A stretch of 64,000 nucleotides of DNA from Octopus sinensis (Eukaryota): positions 34,112,464 through 34,176,463 of the forward strand of contig NC_043011.1 of the NCBI RefSeq assembly GCF_006345805.1, given 5' to 3'. Below, in pieces: positions 13,480-27,135 of the stretch. Positions within the stretch are counted from its first letter, which is position 1, and each line of letters starts with the position of its first letter. The notes beneath the pieces were generated by a model. That model saw only the letters and a list, made by a program, of their open reading frames with translations, made no database searches and was not told the DNA's origin. The position numbers were made by a program, and so were the translations under genes.

Positions 13480-14720
13480 AAGTGGGGTGGATTTTCTGTT
13501 GCTGGGTGTGCACAATAACAGAGCATGATGGCCCATCCACCCTATATAATATTGGAAAAGCAGGTGTAAAAATGGTGAGGGTGGAAGTATTTGTTTCCTC
13601 TTGCTGAATCAGGAAGAAGGGACAATATTCATGACTTTCAAAGGTCAATCTAAGACTGATGAGCTTCATGCTGTTAACATTTCATTTAAACTGTTGTAGG
13701 TCAACTCCTTCAGGAAAGACATGGGAGGATGGAGAAGCTTCCAGGGGGATAGTGTTCAAGAAAGGAAGAACAAAGCATTGTGGTCAGTGCAAAGTTAGGT
13801 GTTGGAAACAGCAGAGGGGACAAGAAATGGAGAGATGAGTGGGCCAGGGATGCCTGAATGAAAAAGGTAAAAGACTAACCAGCTACAAATAACAAAGACC
13901 CTTAATAGTAACGGTAGAAAAGACATGGAGCAGTGATGGTGGAAAGGGGACACCTGTGAGTCAGAGACTGGAGCGTCAGTGTAGTAATTCTAATCAATCA
14001 GGTGGCCCTTCTCTTGGTGCAGGCCAGGATGTCTGTGTGCACAATAACTATACCATCCCAGATGTGGAAGCAATATTCCATTGTGGGGCTCACTTGAGCC
14101 TTGTGGGGTTTCAGCACCTGTTAGGAGATGAAATATTTTCTAGCCCTGAAGAAAAGAGCCAATCTTTGAGAAGCAGTCCTAGCTATTTTAAGGATGTGCT
14201 TTTGCCAGAAGACCTTGATGATAGTGAGACCCCAGCATTTGGAGTAACTGTGATGGCTTTAACTGAGTGCTGCTCATCATGTTTAGTGGCCGGGCAAGTT
14301 CAACACAGTAGTGTTTTCTTGATGTGAATAGTGCTTGAGCTTAATTTTGTTGGGGTTTTTTGGGGGGTTTTTTTTTGGTGGCAGGGTAGTTACAAAGAGA
14401 CAAAATGAGCATAGCTTTACCAGAGGATGCTCTCAACATTTCCATTCACAGAATTAATGTAGACTTGGCGTGTGGTATCTGGGTTGCATGTAGCTGGTGC
14501 ATAGTTTGAGAAAGTTAGGGAAGAATGAGGAGTTGTATCATCAGTATAAGAATGGGCGTATTTGATGCAGCTGTGAGGTCATTGACATATATTGTATATT
14601 TGTGTGTTTGTTTAGACTTAGGTATCAGATAGATGAATTAGTAAATACACATAGTAGAATTTATTTGCTTATTTGAAGAGTTCAGGATATACTCCATCAC
14701 GGCTCCAGACTTCCTGATGC
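13480..14720 (-). mobile_element. Highly decayed retroelement ORF region, possibly Penelope-like
   Basis: Less AT-rich block with many stops; fragments loosely recall Penelope N-terminal/RT-proximal sequence from memory only. Confidence 0.3.
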
Positions 14721-15012
14721 TACATATTAATGAAACAATACCCCATGCTATGAACACCCCATGTACTATCCTGTGCATCTATTTAGTGATTTTCTCATCA
14801 TTATATCAGCCCCTATGGTTAAGTCTATGGTTTGCTGAGGAGGTTTAACATCATAGAAACAGGTTCAATTGACTAAATTAAAATTAGTCATTCAGCTAAT
14901 GTTGTCCTTTGCTCACCACTTAAATACTTCTAATTAGGTTTTTAATGTTAACATTAACTTAACTACAAACAGATGGGTGAGCAAGATATAGAGACGCAGA
15001 GACATTTATTAG

Positions 15013-15126
<114 letters not shown>

Positions 15127-16777
15127 CATACAGATAGATTATATAATGAATGAGTGAATACATACAAACATGAGTAAAAGAATATTCAATCCGAAGCAAT
15201 GAACGACAGAGCAACTAATTAAGGCTGAAACTTCATTAGCTCAACTGTGTTTTGGCTTTTTAGATCACCAAGCTGTAGTGATATCAATGTGTGAGTGCAT
15301 GAAAGAAAGAAAAAGACAGATTTTATAACTACTTCAAATTTCTAGGTTTCTCCCTATAAACGCCAAGAACCATTAAAACTCTAAAAATAGAAATCAAGAC
15401 CTAATAAAAACAGATGTTGTGCATTACATAACTGGGTGTATCATGTTTATATTGCATAACTGGGAGTATTGTGTTTGTATGATTAAGAGTATTCTGTTTG
15501 TGTTACATAACTGAGAGTATCACTTTTGTATTAAATAACTGGAATTACCAAGCTTGTATTGCATAAATGGTAGTATCAAGCATTTAGGAGTATCATGCTT
15601 ATATGGGTTTCAAATTTTAGCACAAGACCAGCTATTTTAGGGTCAGGGAATAAGTCAATTATGTTGACCCTCCTCCCGCGCTCAACTGGGTCTTATTTTC
15701 TTGACCATGAAAGGATGAAAGGCAAAGTCAACTTTGATGGCATTTGAACTCAGATGCTGCCAAATTAGGCTTCACTTTTCATCCTTTCAGGGTTGATGAA
15801 ATATATATCAGTTGAGCACTAGGGTCAATGTAACCGACTCGGCCCCCTCCCACTAAATTGCTGGTCTTGTGCCAAAATTAGAAAGGATCATGTATCTAGG
15901 AGTATCAAGCTGGTATCACATAAATGAGAGCATCAATTCTGTGTTGCTGGGAGTATAAAGAATGTTACATAATAGAGTTTATCAAGCAAACACAAAACTA
16001 TGTGGAAGGAAACTTTGTCTCCAAATGGTGTTCAAAATAGTGGCAACTGGTACTATCATGGAGATAAAGTACAGAGTTCAACAATGATAAACTACAAACA
16101 ACAAGGAATAAATATTAAAAAATATTAACCAACAGAGATACACAATCTGTTTCTCCTATTTTTATAATAATATTGTTACTCATTAAGGCACAAGGTCAAC
16201 AGTTTTGAGGAGACAATGTAAGCTGATACCACCAATCCCAGTAAGTTGACAGGTATTTAATGTTATTAATTCCAAAAGGATGAAAAGTGAAGTGGACAGA
16301 GGCAGGATTTGAAATTAGAATGTAAACAACTGTAACTAAATAAGGCATTTCCATTCTTCCTAAGCATCAAACTAATACACCTGCTTGTTGTTCCCAACAT
16401 TTATATATATATAAATCATTTTTAATAGTGGAACACAAAATAGATAATGCTACAAATAATAGCATGTAAATCTTGGGTTGAAAAACAGCCCTTGGATGGA
16501 AAAAGTTGAAGGACGCCAGTTAGGCACAAACCTACATCTGTAAACATGGTAGATGTTCTACCATTGTGCCAAAGAAATTCTTCAAATATTTTGGACTATT
16601 TTAGAAGCTTTGTTCTTACGAGCAAGAGTTATATGCCTTACACAGTAAGGATTTAGAAACTTGAAGAGACATGATATAAATTGTTTTTAACTGTGGAACT
16701 CAAAGTAGATAAAGCTATAAATAATAACATGTAAAATATTGAACTAAAAAACTTTTGAATGGAGAAGTCAAAGTGAC

Positions 16778-16825
<48 letters not shown>

Positions 16826-16828
<3 letters not shown>

Positions 16829-17019
16829 GAGGGGGCATTGAAAAGTTACTGGCTTTAAGGGTATTGCGAAAGGCCTGACTGGAGGCCCAACCTTCCAAGT
16901 TCTCTTACAGGGCTTAGAAAAACTGAAGGACCACTGAGAGGGTAATATGTTGCATAAAAATATGATTAACTGATTCTCCTGTATTTTCTTTAATCCAAAG
17001 CCAGTAACTTATCAGCACC
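16826..17019. mobile_element. Mariner-type MITE (about 190 bp)
   Basis: TACGAGGGGGCATTGAAAAGTTACTGGCTTT ... AAAGCCAGTAACTTATCAGCACC inverted termini; inserted in a TA run. Confidence 0.7.
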
Positions 17020-17129
17020 ATATACACTCGCAATTTCCACCAATCAAATATCATTTACAAGGCCTTGGTCAGCCCATGCCAATATTTAGAAGACACTTGC
17101 CTAATAATATAGGCAACAATAATCTTTTC

Positions 17130-17335
17130 TAATTTAGGCACAAGGCCTAAAATGGGAGGGGGGGCAGTCGATTAGATCAACCCCAGTACGCAACTGGTAC
17201 TTAATTTATCAACCCCAAAAAGACGAAAGGCAAAGTCGACCTCAGCAGAATTTGAACTCCAAACGTAAAGACAGACGAAATATCACTAAGCATTTCGCCC
17301 AGCATGCTAACATTTCTGCCAGCTCGCCTCCTTAA
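17130..17335 (-). mobile_element. SINE family C (GTCGACTTTGCCTTTCATCCTTTCGGGGTCGAT core; possibly Meta-domain type)
   Basis: GACGAAAGGCAAAGTCGACCTCAGCAGAATTTGAACTC...CATTTCGCCCAGCATGCTAAC...CTGCCAGCTCGCC. Confidence 0.8.
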
Positions 17336-17600
17336 TATAAGCAACAATAATGATGCAAGAATGAGTGTATGGGTGTGAAGTTTTCTTCCCAACCATGTGG
17401 TCTGGAAGTATGCATGCAACCATTATGCATGTATGTGCACATGTAATAAACTGCAAATCTAAAAGAGATTATGGAAACATCTCAAGTATTGCAAAGAGGT
17501 TTGCATGTGCTTTGTCGATTACAGTAAAGCTTTTTAATGTTAGAACTTGTAGGTGTGTGACTAAAAAACATGAGTGGACCAGACTGATTTGAAACCTTAC

Positions 17601-17701
17601 TTTAGAACATGTGGCTACAGTAACGGCAGAACTTTGAGACACTGAGTGGTTTATAGTAAAGTAAGGGGTTACATAAGGTTGCATATTTTCCCCTATATTC
17701 T
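17601..17701 (-). CDS. Candidate internal exon (ENIGENMQPYVTPYFTINHSVSQSSAVTVATCSK, phase 1 to 0)
   Basis: Acceptor ...tttttatcatacatattag, donor gtaagg; 101 nt, open in the frame required by the 29174 exon. Confidence 0.3.
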
Positions 17702-17884
17702 CTAATATGTATGATAAAAATATCGAGAGGAAAGTAGGATTATGTGAAATGGAAAGAGTTAAAGTAGGGACACAGATGAATAAACAATCCAAGATGTCAC
17801 AGATGACACCACTTAATTTCTTTCTTTGTAGAATGCCAGGGAATTGGAGAACAAAAAGGCAAAGGTTGGACTGAAAATAGACAT

Positions 17885-18282
17885 ACTCTTTTACATGTTT
17901 CAGTCATTTGACTGTGGCCATGCTAGAGTACTACCTTTAGTCGAGCAAACCGACCCCAGGACTTATTCTTTGTAAGTCTAGTATTTATTCTATCAGTCTC
18001 TTTTGGTGAACCCCTAAGTTACGGGGACGCAAAAACACCACCATGAGTTGTCAAGCGATGTTGGGGGGACAAACACAGACACACAAACATATACACATAC
18101 ATACATATATATATATATGACAGGTTTCTTTCAGTTTCCGTCTACCAAATCCAGTCACAAGGTTTTGGTCGGTTCGAGGCTATAGTAGAAGACACTTGCC
18201 CAAGGTGCCATGCAGTGGGAATGAACCCGGAACTATGTGGTTGGTAAGCAAGCTACTTACCACACAGCCACTCCTATGCCTA
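17885..18282 (-). mobile_element. SINE family A, near full length
   Basis: Complete reverse-complement motif chain from tail (TACTCTTTTACATGTTTCAGTCATTTGACTG) to head (CTTACCACACAGCCACTCCTATGCCTA). Confidence 0.9.
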
Positions 18283-18309
18283 TGTAAAAAAATATCAAAT
18301 TTAAGGGAA

Positions 18310-18720
18310 TTTAAGATTGGAAGTGGAGGAGGAGTTTACTTCTATAGGATCAAATGTTTAAGCAAAACCAGGAGGGTCTCAAAGAAATTAAAAGAAGAAT
18401 ACATCTCAAAAAGGGTGAACTTCAGAAAATTATGAAAGATAAAGGAATGTTACAAAGAACAAAGGAAAGATTATTAAAATTCCTGGTATGTCTAGTAGAT
18501 ATTACAGATGCAAGAAGTTTGGACATAAAACAAAGGAAGTAAGAACATTGATAAATTTGAAATATGATGCTAAAGAATATTGAGGACATCAGTGACAGAA
18601 AGAACAACAATCAGATCAATACTGCAGCAAGTGAAACATGTCAGTACTTTGAAAAGTATTGATTGATAAAGAAAGATAAAAATTTATTGGTAATGTTATG
18701 AGAGTGGATGGCATGGGAAT
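18310..18720 (+). pseudogene. RTE-clade LINE ORF2 C-terminal remnant
   Basis: EVEEEFTSIGS...KEIKRRIHL...RTKERLLKFLV...DARS resembles RTE post-RT domain (F.YLGS...EIKRRI...TK.RLLK..V...LY..ESW). Confidence 0.55.
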
Positions 18721-19059
18721 GGAGAATTATGTTAGGAAAACTATAATGGCTCCAGAGGAAAAGGAGAGCCATACATAAAAGAGACACAGATAGGAAGTAA
18801 GAGGTAAGATGATGTCATGGAATTGGTTCTAGACATACAAAGAACAGATGGAATTACAGACAGTATCAACATAATTTCAATATCCACTTTTCTATGCTTG
18901 CATGGGTTGGAAATTGAACAGAACGTAGGAGATATAATTTTGTGCTCATTTCTCCATGCTTGCATGGCTCAGACAGGTTACCTTTAACACAGAGCCTTGC
19001 ACCTTGTCATGATCTGTTACCATCCACTCCATGAGGCTCAGTCTCTTGAAATTAGCCTT

Positions 19060-19381
19060 CTACTTCTACCATGTCTTCCTTAGTCTTGCTCTTCTACAAA
19101 TCCATTTCATTTGGATTCTGTGGCACTTCTTTACCTCACCATCATCTTTCCTATGAATGACATCTCTGTATTAACAGTCTTCCCTCTTGCACACTACATC
19201 TAATTCCTCCTATACCCACTCTTTCTCTCAATCCATCTGCATTCCATTGTTCATACACACTAGCTTTATATATAGAATGTGATATGCTCACTCCATTTCT
19301 CTCCAATTTTAAAACATTCTCAATGTTAGATTTTTCACGAGTCTTAAGACCTACAAGGCCGGAGTGTAACCTGGTTTTCAT
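19060..19381 (-). pseudogene. RTE/RTEX LINE C-terminal remnant
   Basis: LERNGVS...SVYEQWNADGLRERVGIGGIRCSVQEGRL resembles RTEX C-terminus (LERNE.SM.RW...LRERLG...I...VQ.RRL). Confidence 0.6.
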
Positions 19382-19473
19382 GGTTTATAAGTGACTGAGA
19401 TTATAACACTTACCACTGAACAGGATGTCAGTCCATCACAGGATTAACTTCTCAGCTACTACTGGAAAACTCA

Positions 19474-19676
19474 TACTCTTTTACTTGTTTCAGTCATTTG
19501 ACTGCGGCCATGCTGGAGCACTGCCTTTAGTCGAGCAAATCGACCCTGGGCCTTATTCTTTGTAAGCCCAGTACTTATTCTATCGGTCTCTTTTGCCGAA
19601 CTGCTAAGTGACGGGGACGTAAACACACCAGCATCAGTTGTAAAGCAATGCTAGAGGGACAAACATATACACATAC

Positions 19677-19729
<53 letters not shown>

Positions 19730-19903
19730 TACGACAGGCTTCTTTCAGTTTCCGTCTACCAAATCCACTCACAAGGCTTTGGTCGGCCCGAGGCTATAGC
19801 AGAAGACACTTGCCCAAGATGCCACGCAGTGGGACTGAACCCGGAACCATGTGGTTGGTTAGCAAGCTACTTACCACACAGCCATTCCTGCGCCTAAATA
19901 AAC
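19474..19903 (-). mobile_element. SINE family A, full length and young
   Basis: Intact head, core, internal (TA/CA)n and tail; retains most CpGs. Confidence 0.9.
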
Positions 19904-20957
19904 AGAAACAACATGAAGTGTTTTGCTCAAGAACCTAATACACTGCCTGGTCCCAGAACTGAAACAGAAACTTATGACTATGAGTGAAATATCCTGACCA
20001 ATACTCATTCCCATATTTCGCTGCCATATGGACTGGCACTCCATCAGTTATGACAATGAGGGTTTCAATTGATCTAATCAATGGAACAGCCTGCTTGTGA
20101 AATCAACGTGCTAGTGGCTGAGCACTCCAAGCATACTTACCTTTAACATAGTTCAAGGGGGATTCAGCATGACACAGAATTTGAGATGGCTGGCCTTTTG
20201 AGTTACAGGTACAGCTCATTTTTGCCAGCTGAGTGGACTGGCGCAACATAGAGTAAAGTGTCTTGATTGAGGTCTCATCACACTGCCTGGAATCAAACTC
20301 ACAACCATAAAACCCCATGAGCTGAATACCCTAACCACTGAACCAAACACCTTCATAGAAGGCTGCCATGTGATATCATACATCATTCAACATGTATCCT
20401 AAACTTTGCATTTCACAGGGAGATATAACACCTTTGTTGTTGTCACTAACAGAAATAAAAGCTCAAAGAACACCTCCCCATTCCATTCTTACTCTTAAAG
20501 GGTTAAAGTAAATTATTTTTCTATGCACACAAACACACACAAAAGAAAAAAACAAAGTATTTTGTTAGTACTCTAATAACAGTACCAACACATCTACTTT
20601 ATGCAAAACAGTTTAATGAAAAGAAATGATGCTAAATGAAAGAAGAAAACAGTGTTATACAAGTAAGTCTTGTTTAGTAGTTGTTCACAATAGCTGTGAA
20701 AACTAGCTGTGTTGTAAGTAGCTTAATCCATCGATGTATGGTCAGACCTCTAAACACACTTTGAGACTATTGGTTTTTGTACATCGTGTTGTCTGACCTA
20801 CATATGACTAACAGACAAGTATACAGCATGTTAGATAAGAATTAAATCAAAGCATTAATTAACAACAAAAATTATATCTTTTATGTATATGTGTGTGTAT
20901 GTTGTATACACACACTCTCTCTCATAAATACACATATACAAACATAATGCACATACA

Positions 20958-21014
<57 letters not shown>

Positions 21015-22622
21015 GCTTAGTGATAACTGTCAGAAAAAAAGAGTACTCAATACCATAGTAGAGATTCATAATATTTTTAGTTTGGTCAAGTCAGTTTCTT
21101 GCCTTTGGGTATGCAGGGTCAACAGGCATATACCCACAGGCAAAAACAAGTAGTAGCAAGAAACTACACAAGCATAGAAAACGTCTGTTTTCCATGCTTG
21201 TGAAGAGTGGACAGTTTGACAAGAACCGACAAACCAGAAGATTACACTGAACTCCAATGTCCCGTTTTAACATGGTTTCTATGGGTGGATGCCCTTCTTA
21301 ATGTCAACCATTTTACAGAGGGTACTGAGTGCTTTTTTTTGTTTCCAGGGCACTGACACAAGTGAGATCACTAAGTAACTTATAGGGTGAGAACCCTTGA
21401 CTGAAGTGGGGATATAGTATTCAGGGCAGTTAATGAGAAGTTAATGCCAGGTAATGAGAAGTTAAAGTATGATAGAAAGGACAAGAACAGATGTCTTGCT
21501 GAAGAGGTTATACTTATCTTTCTCTGCTGGAAAAAGAGAAGAAACAGTAAGGATGTACCCTCAGGGTATAAGGGCAAGAGAATGGGGATAGAGGATCAGA
21601 AAGGGTAGGTGAGTAGTTAAGTTCACAAGAGTGTGAAAAGAGCTTGACAATAACTAAACTCAGCAATCTATGGGGGGAGGGGTGCTTTTTTTTCTTTTCA
21701 ATGGCATTATTAGAAGGAACGATGCCCACAACCATCACAGAACCACCAAGTCTAGTGAAACAGATATGGCTGACATACATATTTGAACATCACTGAGTCA
21801 ACAGCTACAGGAAAAATTATTTAGAAGTTGTAACAATTGTAATTAAAAGACATCTTCAGGGACACAGAAATGCTTAATGATTGTAATAACTAAAGTATTA
21901 TTTACTGATATACATACATAATCACTCAAAATATAAAGTAAACAAAACGTTCTGAGGTTTCCTGTTTCTTTTTGTATGTTTTTCTTTTCGTGTGTGGGTG
22001 TTTTCTCTTTTCTTTTATTATTTTTTTTAAGCTATGCTGATAAAATACAATAACCTTTCTTTGACTGAAAAACCTAATTACAAAAACTAATTATTCATTA
22101 ATCATGAGAAAGTTCTCTGTCCTAATAAATAAATATTCATTTATGAGAATCAGTCGGCACACCATTAATGAATTTTGAGTTGTAATTTTCCAGGCTAAAC
22201 ATTAGTTAAATGGATCGACTTTACTGTCTTTTCTCCGTTAATCTTGTCCTTCGTTAACAATTCTGCACCCTGAGCTATATGCTTAATCACCTTATCTCAT
22301 CAACATCGTTCAGTCTCAGTCCATATTTTGCTACTGACATCAATTAAAGGCTTACTGACCTAATTTCTGTCATTCATTCTCATTCTACTTTCCGTTGCTG
22401 GGCAAGCTTGGCAACTAATTCCTTAGAGTGCCTACAAGTCATCTTTTAGGCAGAATGAGAGCAGTAATCAATTACAGTGTTACATTAGTTATAATTAACT
22501 CATTTACAAACCACTAAGGTTATACAGACAGTCGTAAACGATACCTCATTCATCACCTTCAGTCTCTCTCTTTATATCTCCTCAATGACCACGACAACTA
22601 CAGTTTTGTCTAGAGCCAGATC

Positions 22623-22816
22623 AGTGCCACTTTAGCATATAACCTGCCTGGCCATTTACACTTTAGCATGTAGTCTACCTGAGCATTACACTTTAGCATA
22701 CAGTTGAACCCTAACTTCAACCCTAACCTAACCCCCAACTCTAATCTTGACCCAAACAGGTCATTTCACAGTGTAAACTATGGACACCATGATTGGCCAC
22801 ATGCTAAAGTAGCACT
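22623..22816. mobile_element. MITE with 16-bp TIRs and internal telomere-like repeats
   Basis: AGTGCCACTTTAGCAT / ATGCTAAAGTAGCACT (15/16 match); internal CCCTAAC-like units; related end at 63945-64000. Confidence 0.6.
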
Positions 22817-22999
22817 CTTAGGTCTACAGGAAACTTATTTGGCTCCCCTACATCATGCACCAGTAATATCTCGCCCTCAACTTCATTAACAAGCCTTTGT
22901 CCATATTTGTCATAAAACCTCCCAAACTAAACTGAAAAGTTCAGGTTTCCCTGCATCTGACTCCTCTCTTGGATTGGGAGTTTCTCATCAGACTGTTCA

Positions 23000-23770
23000 A
23001 TTGCAGTAGGTACTGAGAGAGCTCTCACCAACTTACATTTTATCATCTCATCAGCTTGCTGTGACTATTAACCACACATGCACACAGCATAACCTTCAGC
23101 ACACAGTCATCATCTATACACAACCTAGACAGACACCTTGAGCCAGAACAAAGACCAAATCGTTCCACGTATCAAAGTGTCTTGATCTTCACCTCACCTA
23201 TATCTGAACAGAACAACTCACAATTGAAAGACTTCAAAGTTATTAGAAAAGCTGGACCCCACAATTGCAAATGACCTCTCCTGAGATTAGGCTTCATATA
23301 AAGGTCCAAACATTAATTCAGCAGGATCGGTCTCTGATCCCTAACAAAGCACAAGTAACACTTACATAATCTGGAGGGTGATGCTACTAAAAGAATTCTC
23401 ATAGACCACAACCAAAACATAATCATTTCGGTGGTTAGCAAAGACTAACTCATAACTAGCTCAGACATACACAGTTTCTTCTACAATGGCCTCTGCTCCA
23501 CTGAACTACAAAGCTGAAAACCCTCTCCATCCAACAAATACATTATCTCTATCCTCCTCTTGTCATTTTTGCAATGTCTAACATCTTAGCTCCTGCTTCT
23601 AGCACTTTTACCAGTAGCTCCTTCCCAAAACTACATCTCACTTCTCTCCAGACATTTTTTCCTGCAGATGTCAATCTACAGAAATGGAAACTAAATATCA
23701 ACTCCACCAGTCTTGGAGAAGTTCTGAAGGTCTTGAGCACTTCTCCAACCTCCTTTGACTAACTTACACT
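23000..23770 (-). mobile_element. Decayed LINE ORF2 3' remnant, possibly L1/Tx1 clade
   Basis: Fragmentary translation (FSFHF..NVWREVRCSF...KMLDIAKM) loosely like Tx1/L1 C-termini; many stops. Confidence 0.3.
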
Positions 23771-25348
23771 GATTTAAAAAAATAATGTTTTACAAAGTGA
23801 CTCTCAGTCACAACCTTCTATTATAATTTCAATCACAATGTATGATACTTTAAGTAATCGTAAATCAACCCTAGCATTTGACTGGTACTTTATTTCATCA
23901 ATCTCAGAAGGATTAAAAGCAAAGACCACATCTGTAGTGCTTAACTCATGTTTCTGTAACATTAAAACAACTTCCTCTATCTAAAAACAACGATATTGTC
24001 ACTCAAACTATTAGAAAAAGCAGTTTAAACCCCTCTCAAATCAGAACTTATGGGTTTTTTTTTTTTTCGCTAATTCCAAAAGTTCTGAACAATTAAATTC
24101 AGTCTTCCAGCAGGAAACCTTGCAAAAATATTCTTGCTCTTGTTTGCTTGGCAATCTTATAAGAGACTCATTTCAACAAATTGAGCAACATTCATAGAAA
24201 ACCTCTTTGTTCATTAAACAATCTTCAATGATGTCCAACAATGGAAATGTCTTTTACCCCAAGTTATATACGCCACTGCCAGCCACAGACCAAAATACAA
24301 AAAGGGAGTCTCTGTAACTATTGTTACTTTCCATTCCATCCATAGCAACCAGTTACCTTCAGCAGCTGTGTTCTGTACGTTTTTTATTGGTTGATTCATT
24401 ATTTAGTATTTTGATGTCTTGCTATTGATCCATTGTACCTGGCCACTGTGCTATATTTGTTCATTTAATGATTAGCCAAGATGTTAAATTCATATAAGTT
24501 AGTATGGCCTCCAGCAGCAAAAAATTGTTTGATCATCAATTATAAATGAGCTGATTCTTTTTTTTTTGTTTTTTCTTTATAGCCAATATTCTTGAATATA
24601 TCTAAAATATCTACATTTAGAAAGTAGACAGCAAGGGCTTGATTGACCAATACAAGTAAATCCAGAATTTAAGGGGAGCAGAATCAAACTAATAAACTGA
24701 ACCCTACAGATTTTATTAGTTATTACCAACCAACCTGAAACTGCCAGTAGTAAAGTGCTCATGGATTTAAATTAAAATCTCCATCAAACTCTCATTACCT
24801 GAAATTTTAATTGGTCAACCCCACCAGTTTGTTAAATTGCAGATTTACAGAATCCTGTCAAGATCTTGATTTGATATAGAAAATTATTAGAAGCCCATAA
24901 GTGGCCAATTAATTTTCAATATAATATGTATAGTCAGCAATGGGCTAGTTGGTATAGAAACACCCTCAGAGGAACTGGGCACTTTGGTTAATACATTGTT
25001 ATTGGGCTAAATAGTGAATGGGTGCATTTTTCGTGCCACCAGCACTAGTGAAGTTGTCATGCAGCTTGTAAGACTACTAAGCCAAACGGAGCAGCTTTAT
25101 GCTAGGAGATGGGGGGAGGGGGCAAAAGATGGGTAAAAGTATGAGAGAAGGGGAGAGAGCTGAACAGGTTTCCTGCTGTAGAGGAGCTATACAAATACTC
25201 ACATTTTACAAAAGAAGGTAGGAGTGGTCACATGGAGCCAAGGGGTAATGAAAGGAGTGCGTGTGCATGTGTGTATGTATAATTGCAAATCAATTAGTCT
25301 AATGGTTTTAAGAATTTGTGAGCATAACAATTTTGCTGGTACACCCAG

Positions 25349-25410
<62 letters not shown>

Positions 25411-26279
25411 GCACACACACACACGCTTGTGTGTGTGTGTGAGAGAGAGAGTAGGTACGCAACCAAGTATTTAGAGTGCCAGGCTCATAATCGTAACGTT
25501 ATGATTTCAATTCCTCCACAAGATGAGACATTGTGACCTTAAGCAATGTGTTTCCTATTTGAAGCATCATATTCAGCAAGTGAGCTGTGAATTCTGGATA
25601 CTGCATTTTACTTTAATTACCAGGGGGTAATAAGCAATAATTCCTCTGAGAAAGTTATGACAGAATAACATTATAACCAGAGAACATTTGGACAAAATTA
25701 CAGAAACCAAAAGTTAAAGCCCTCTATTTTTAACAATGCCATAGTTAGAAGCAAAAAGGCAGTGCTTATGACCCATTTCAAGAGTTCTTTCACAGATAGG
25801 ATGAATGAAGGGAGTTATTTTAAGACTGGAGGCTGACCTGAATACTTGCAATACATCTAGTCCCCTATGAACCAATTGTGGTATAAGCAGATTCCATATT
25901 TTAACACTATAAAGTAAGGATCCCTTCAGTCATGAATAATCATGGGATCACACCTAGGAAGTTCCCCTGCAAGGCACAAGTCCGGGCAAGGTTATTCATG
26001 GAAGAACAGCAGTCGGCCATGCATACCAGCCTCCTCTCTCCATTGTAATCCAAGGGAAAGGTAAAGGTTGATACAGCTTGGCACCAGTGATGTTGCAATT
26101 CATTTCTACATCTGAGTGAGCTGGAGCAACATGAAATAAAGTGTCTTGCTCAAGAACACAACACACAGCCCAGCCCAGGAATTGAACTCACTACCTCATG
26201 ATTGTGAGCTCAACACTCTAACCACTGAGCCATGCACCTACATCTATCTACAGATGAGTGTTTATAATAGTCACATTAA

Positions 26280-26720
26280 CCCATTCATTACCATATTTTT
26301 ATTGAAATATACTGCTTTTGTTTAAAGTAAGTTTGGAAATGAAGATTTTAGTGAAATAACTGTAATTTTTAATTCTTTTGTTAACCACATTTTTCTTGGA
26401 ATACACCTCTTTGTTTAAATTGATTTGAAAAAATGAAGACTTTGGTAAAATAATGCTATCATTATTAAACAGATGTTTAGAACATCAATTACCATGAAAT
26501 TTTAATAGAAAATTTTAACTCAGATCACTCTAAAGTAGGAGAATCTGTCACAGAGAATCAGTGGTGGTTTGAACAGGTTGGTACCAAAATGATTAAGCTT
26601 ATGTTTGGGACATAAATTAACATGACATTTTATTGTAAGGTTTTCGTTTAGATCAATTTAAAACAGGAAGTTTGTACCCTAGAACCAAGGATGATCTCAG
26701 GCAGGGTGGTATCAAAATGG
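26280..26720. mobile_element. piggyBac-like MITE
   Basis: TTAA on both sides (26276-26279, 26721-26724); termini CCCATTCATTACCA / TGGTATCAAAATGG. Related TTAACCCTTT ends at about 10232 and 34678. Confidence 0.55.
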
Positions 26721-26737
26721 TTAAATAATGTGTCCAT

Positions 26738-27135
26738 AGGCGTAGGAGTGACTGTGTGGTAAGTAGCTTGCTTACTAACTACATGGTTCTGGGTTCAGTC
26801 CCACTGCGTGGCACCTTGGGCAAGTGTCTTCTACTATAGCCTTGGGCCAACCAAAGCTTTGAGAGTGGATTTGGTAGACGTAAACTGAAAGAAGCCCGTC
26901 GTATGTATATATATATATATGTGTGTGTATTTGTGTCTATGCCCCCCCACACACACACACACAGCATCGTTTGACAACTGATGCTCGTGTGTTTAAATCC
27001 CCGTAACTTAGCGGTTCAGCAAAAGAAACCAATAGAAAAAGTACCAGGCTTACAAAGTCCTGGGGTCGATGTGCTCAACTAAAGGCGGTGCTCCAGCATG
27101 GCCACAGTCAAATGACTGAAACAAGTAAAAGTGTA
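26738..27135 (+). mobile_element. SINE family A, full length
   Basis: TAGGCGTAGGAGTGACTGTGTGGTAAGTAGC...GGGTTCAGTCCC (B-box-like)...GGCGGTGCTCCAGCATGGCCACAGTCAAATGACTGAAACAAG. Confidence 0.9.

Noticed and set aside
13956-14327. 123-aa plus-strand ORF
   Set aside because: No recognisable domain; lies antisense within a decayed retroelement-like block.
20586-20631. Strong minus-strand acceptor (ttttcttctttcatttag) with nearby GT
   Set aside because: Stops in all frames to the plausible donor; illustrates the false-positive rate of splice-like sites here.
26745-26815. tRNA-like sequences at SINE heads (A-box and B-box-like motifs)
   Set aside because: No complete cloverleaf; always continuous with SINE bodies, so not tRNA genes.
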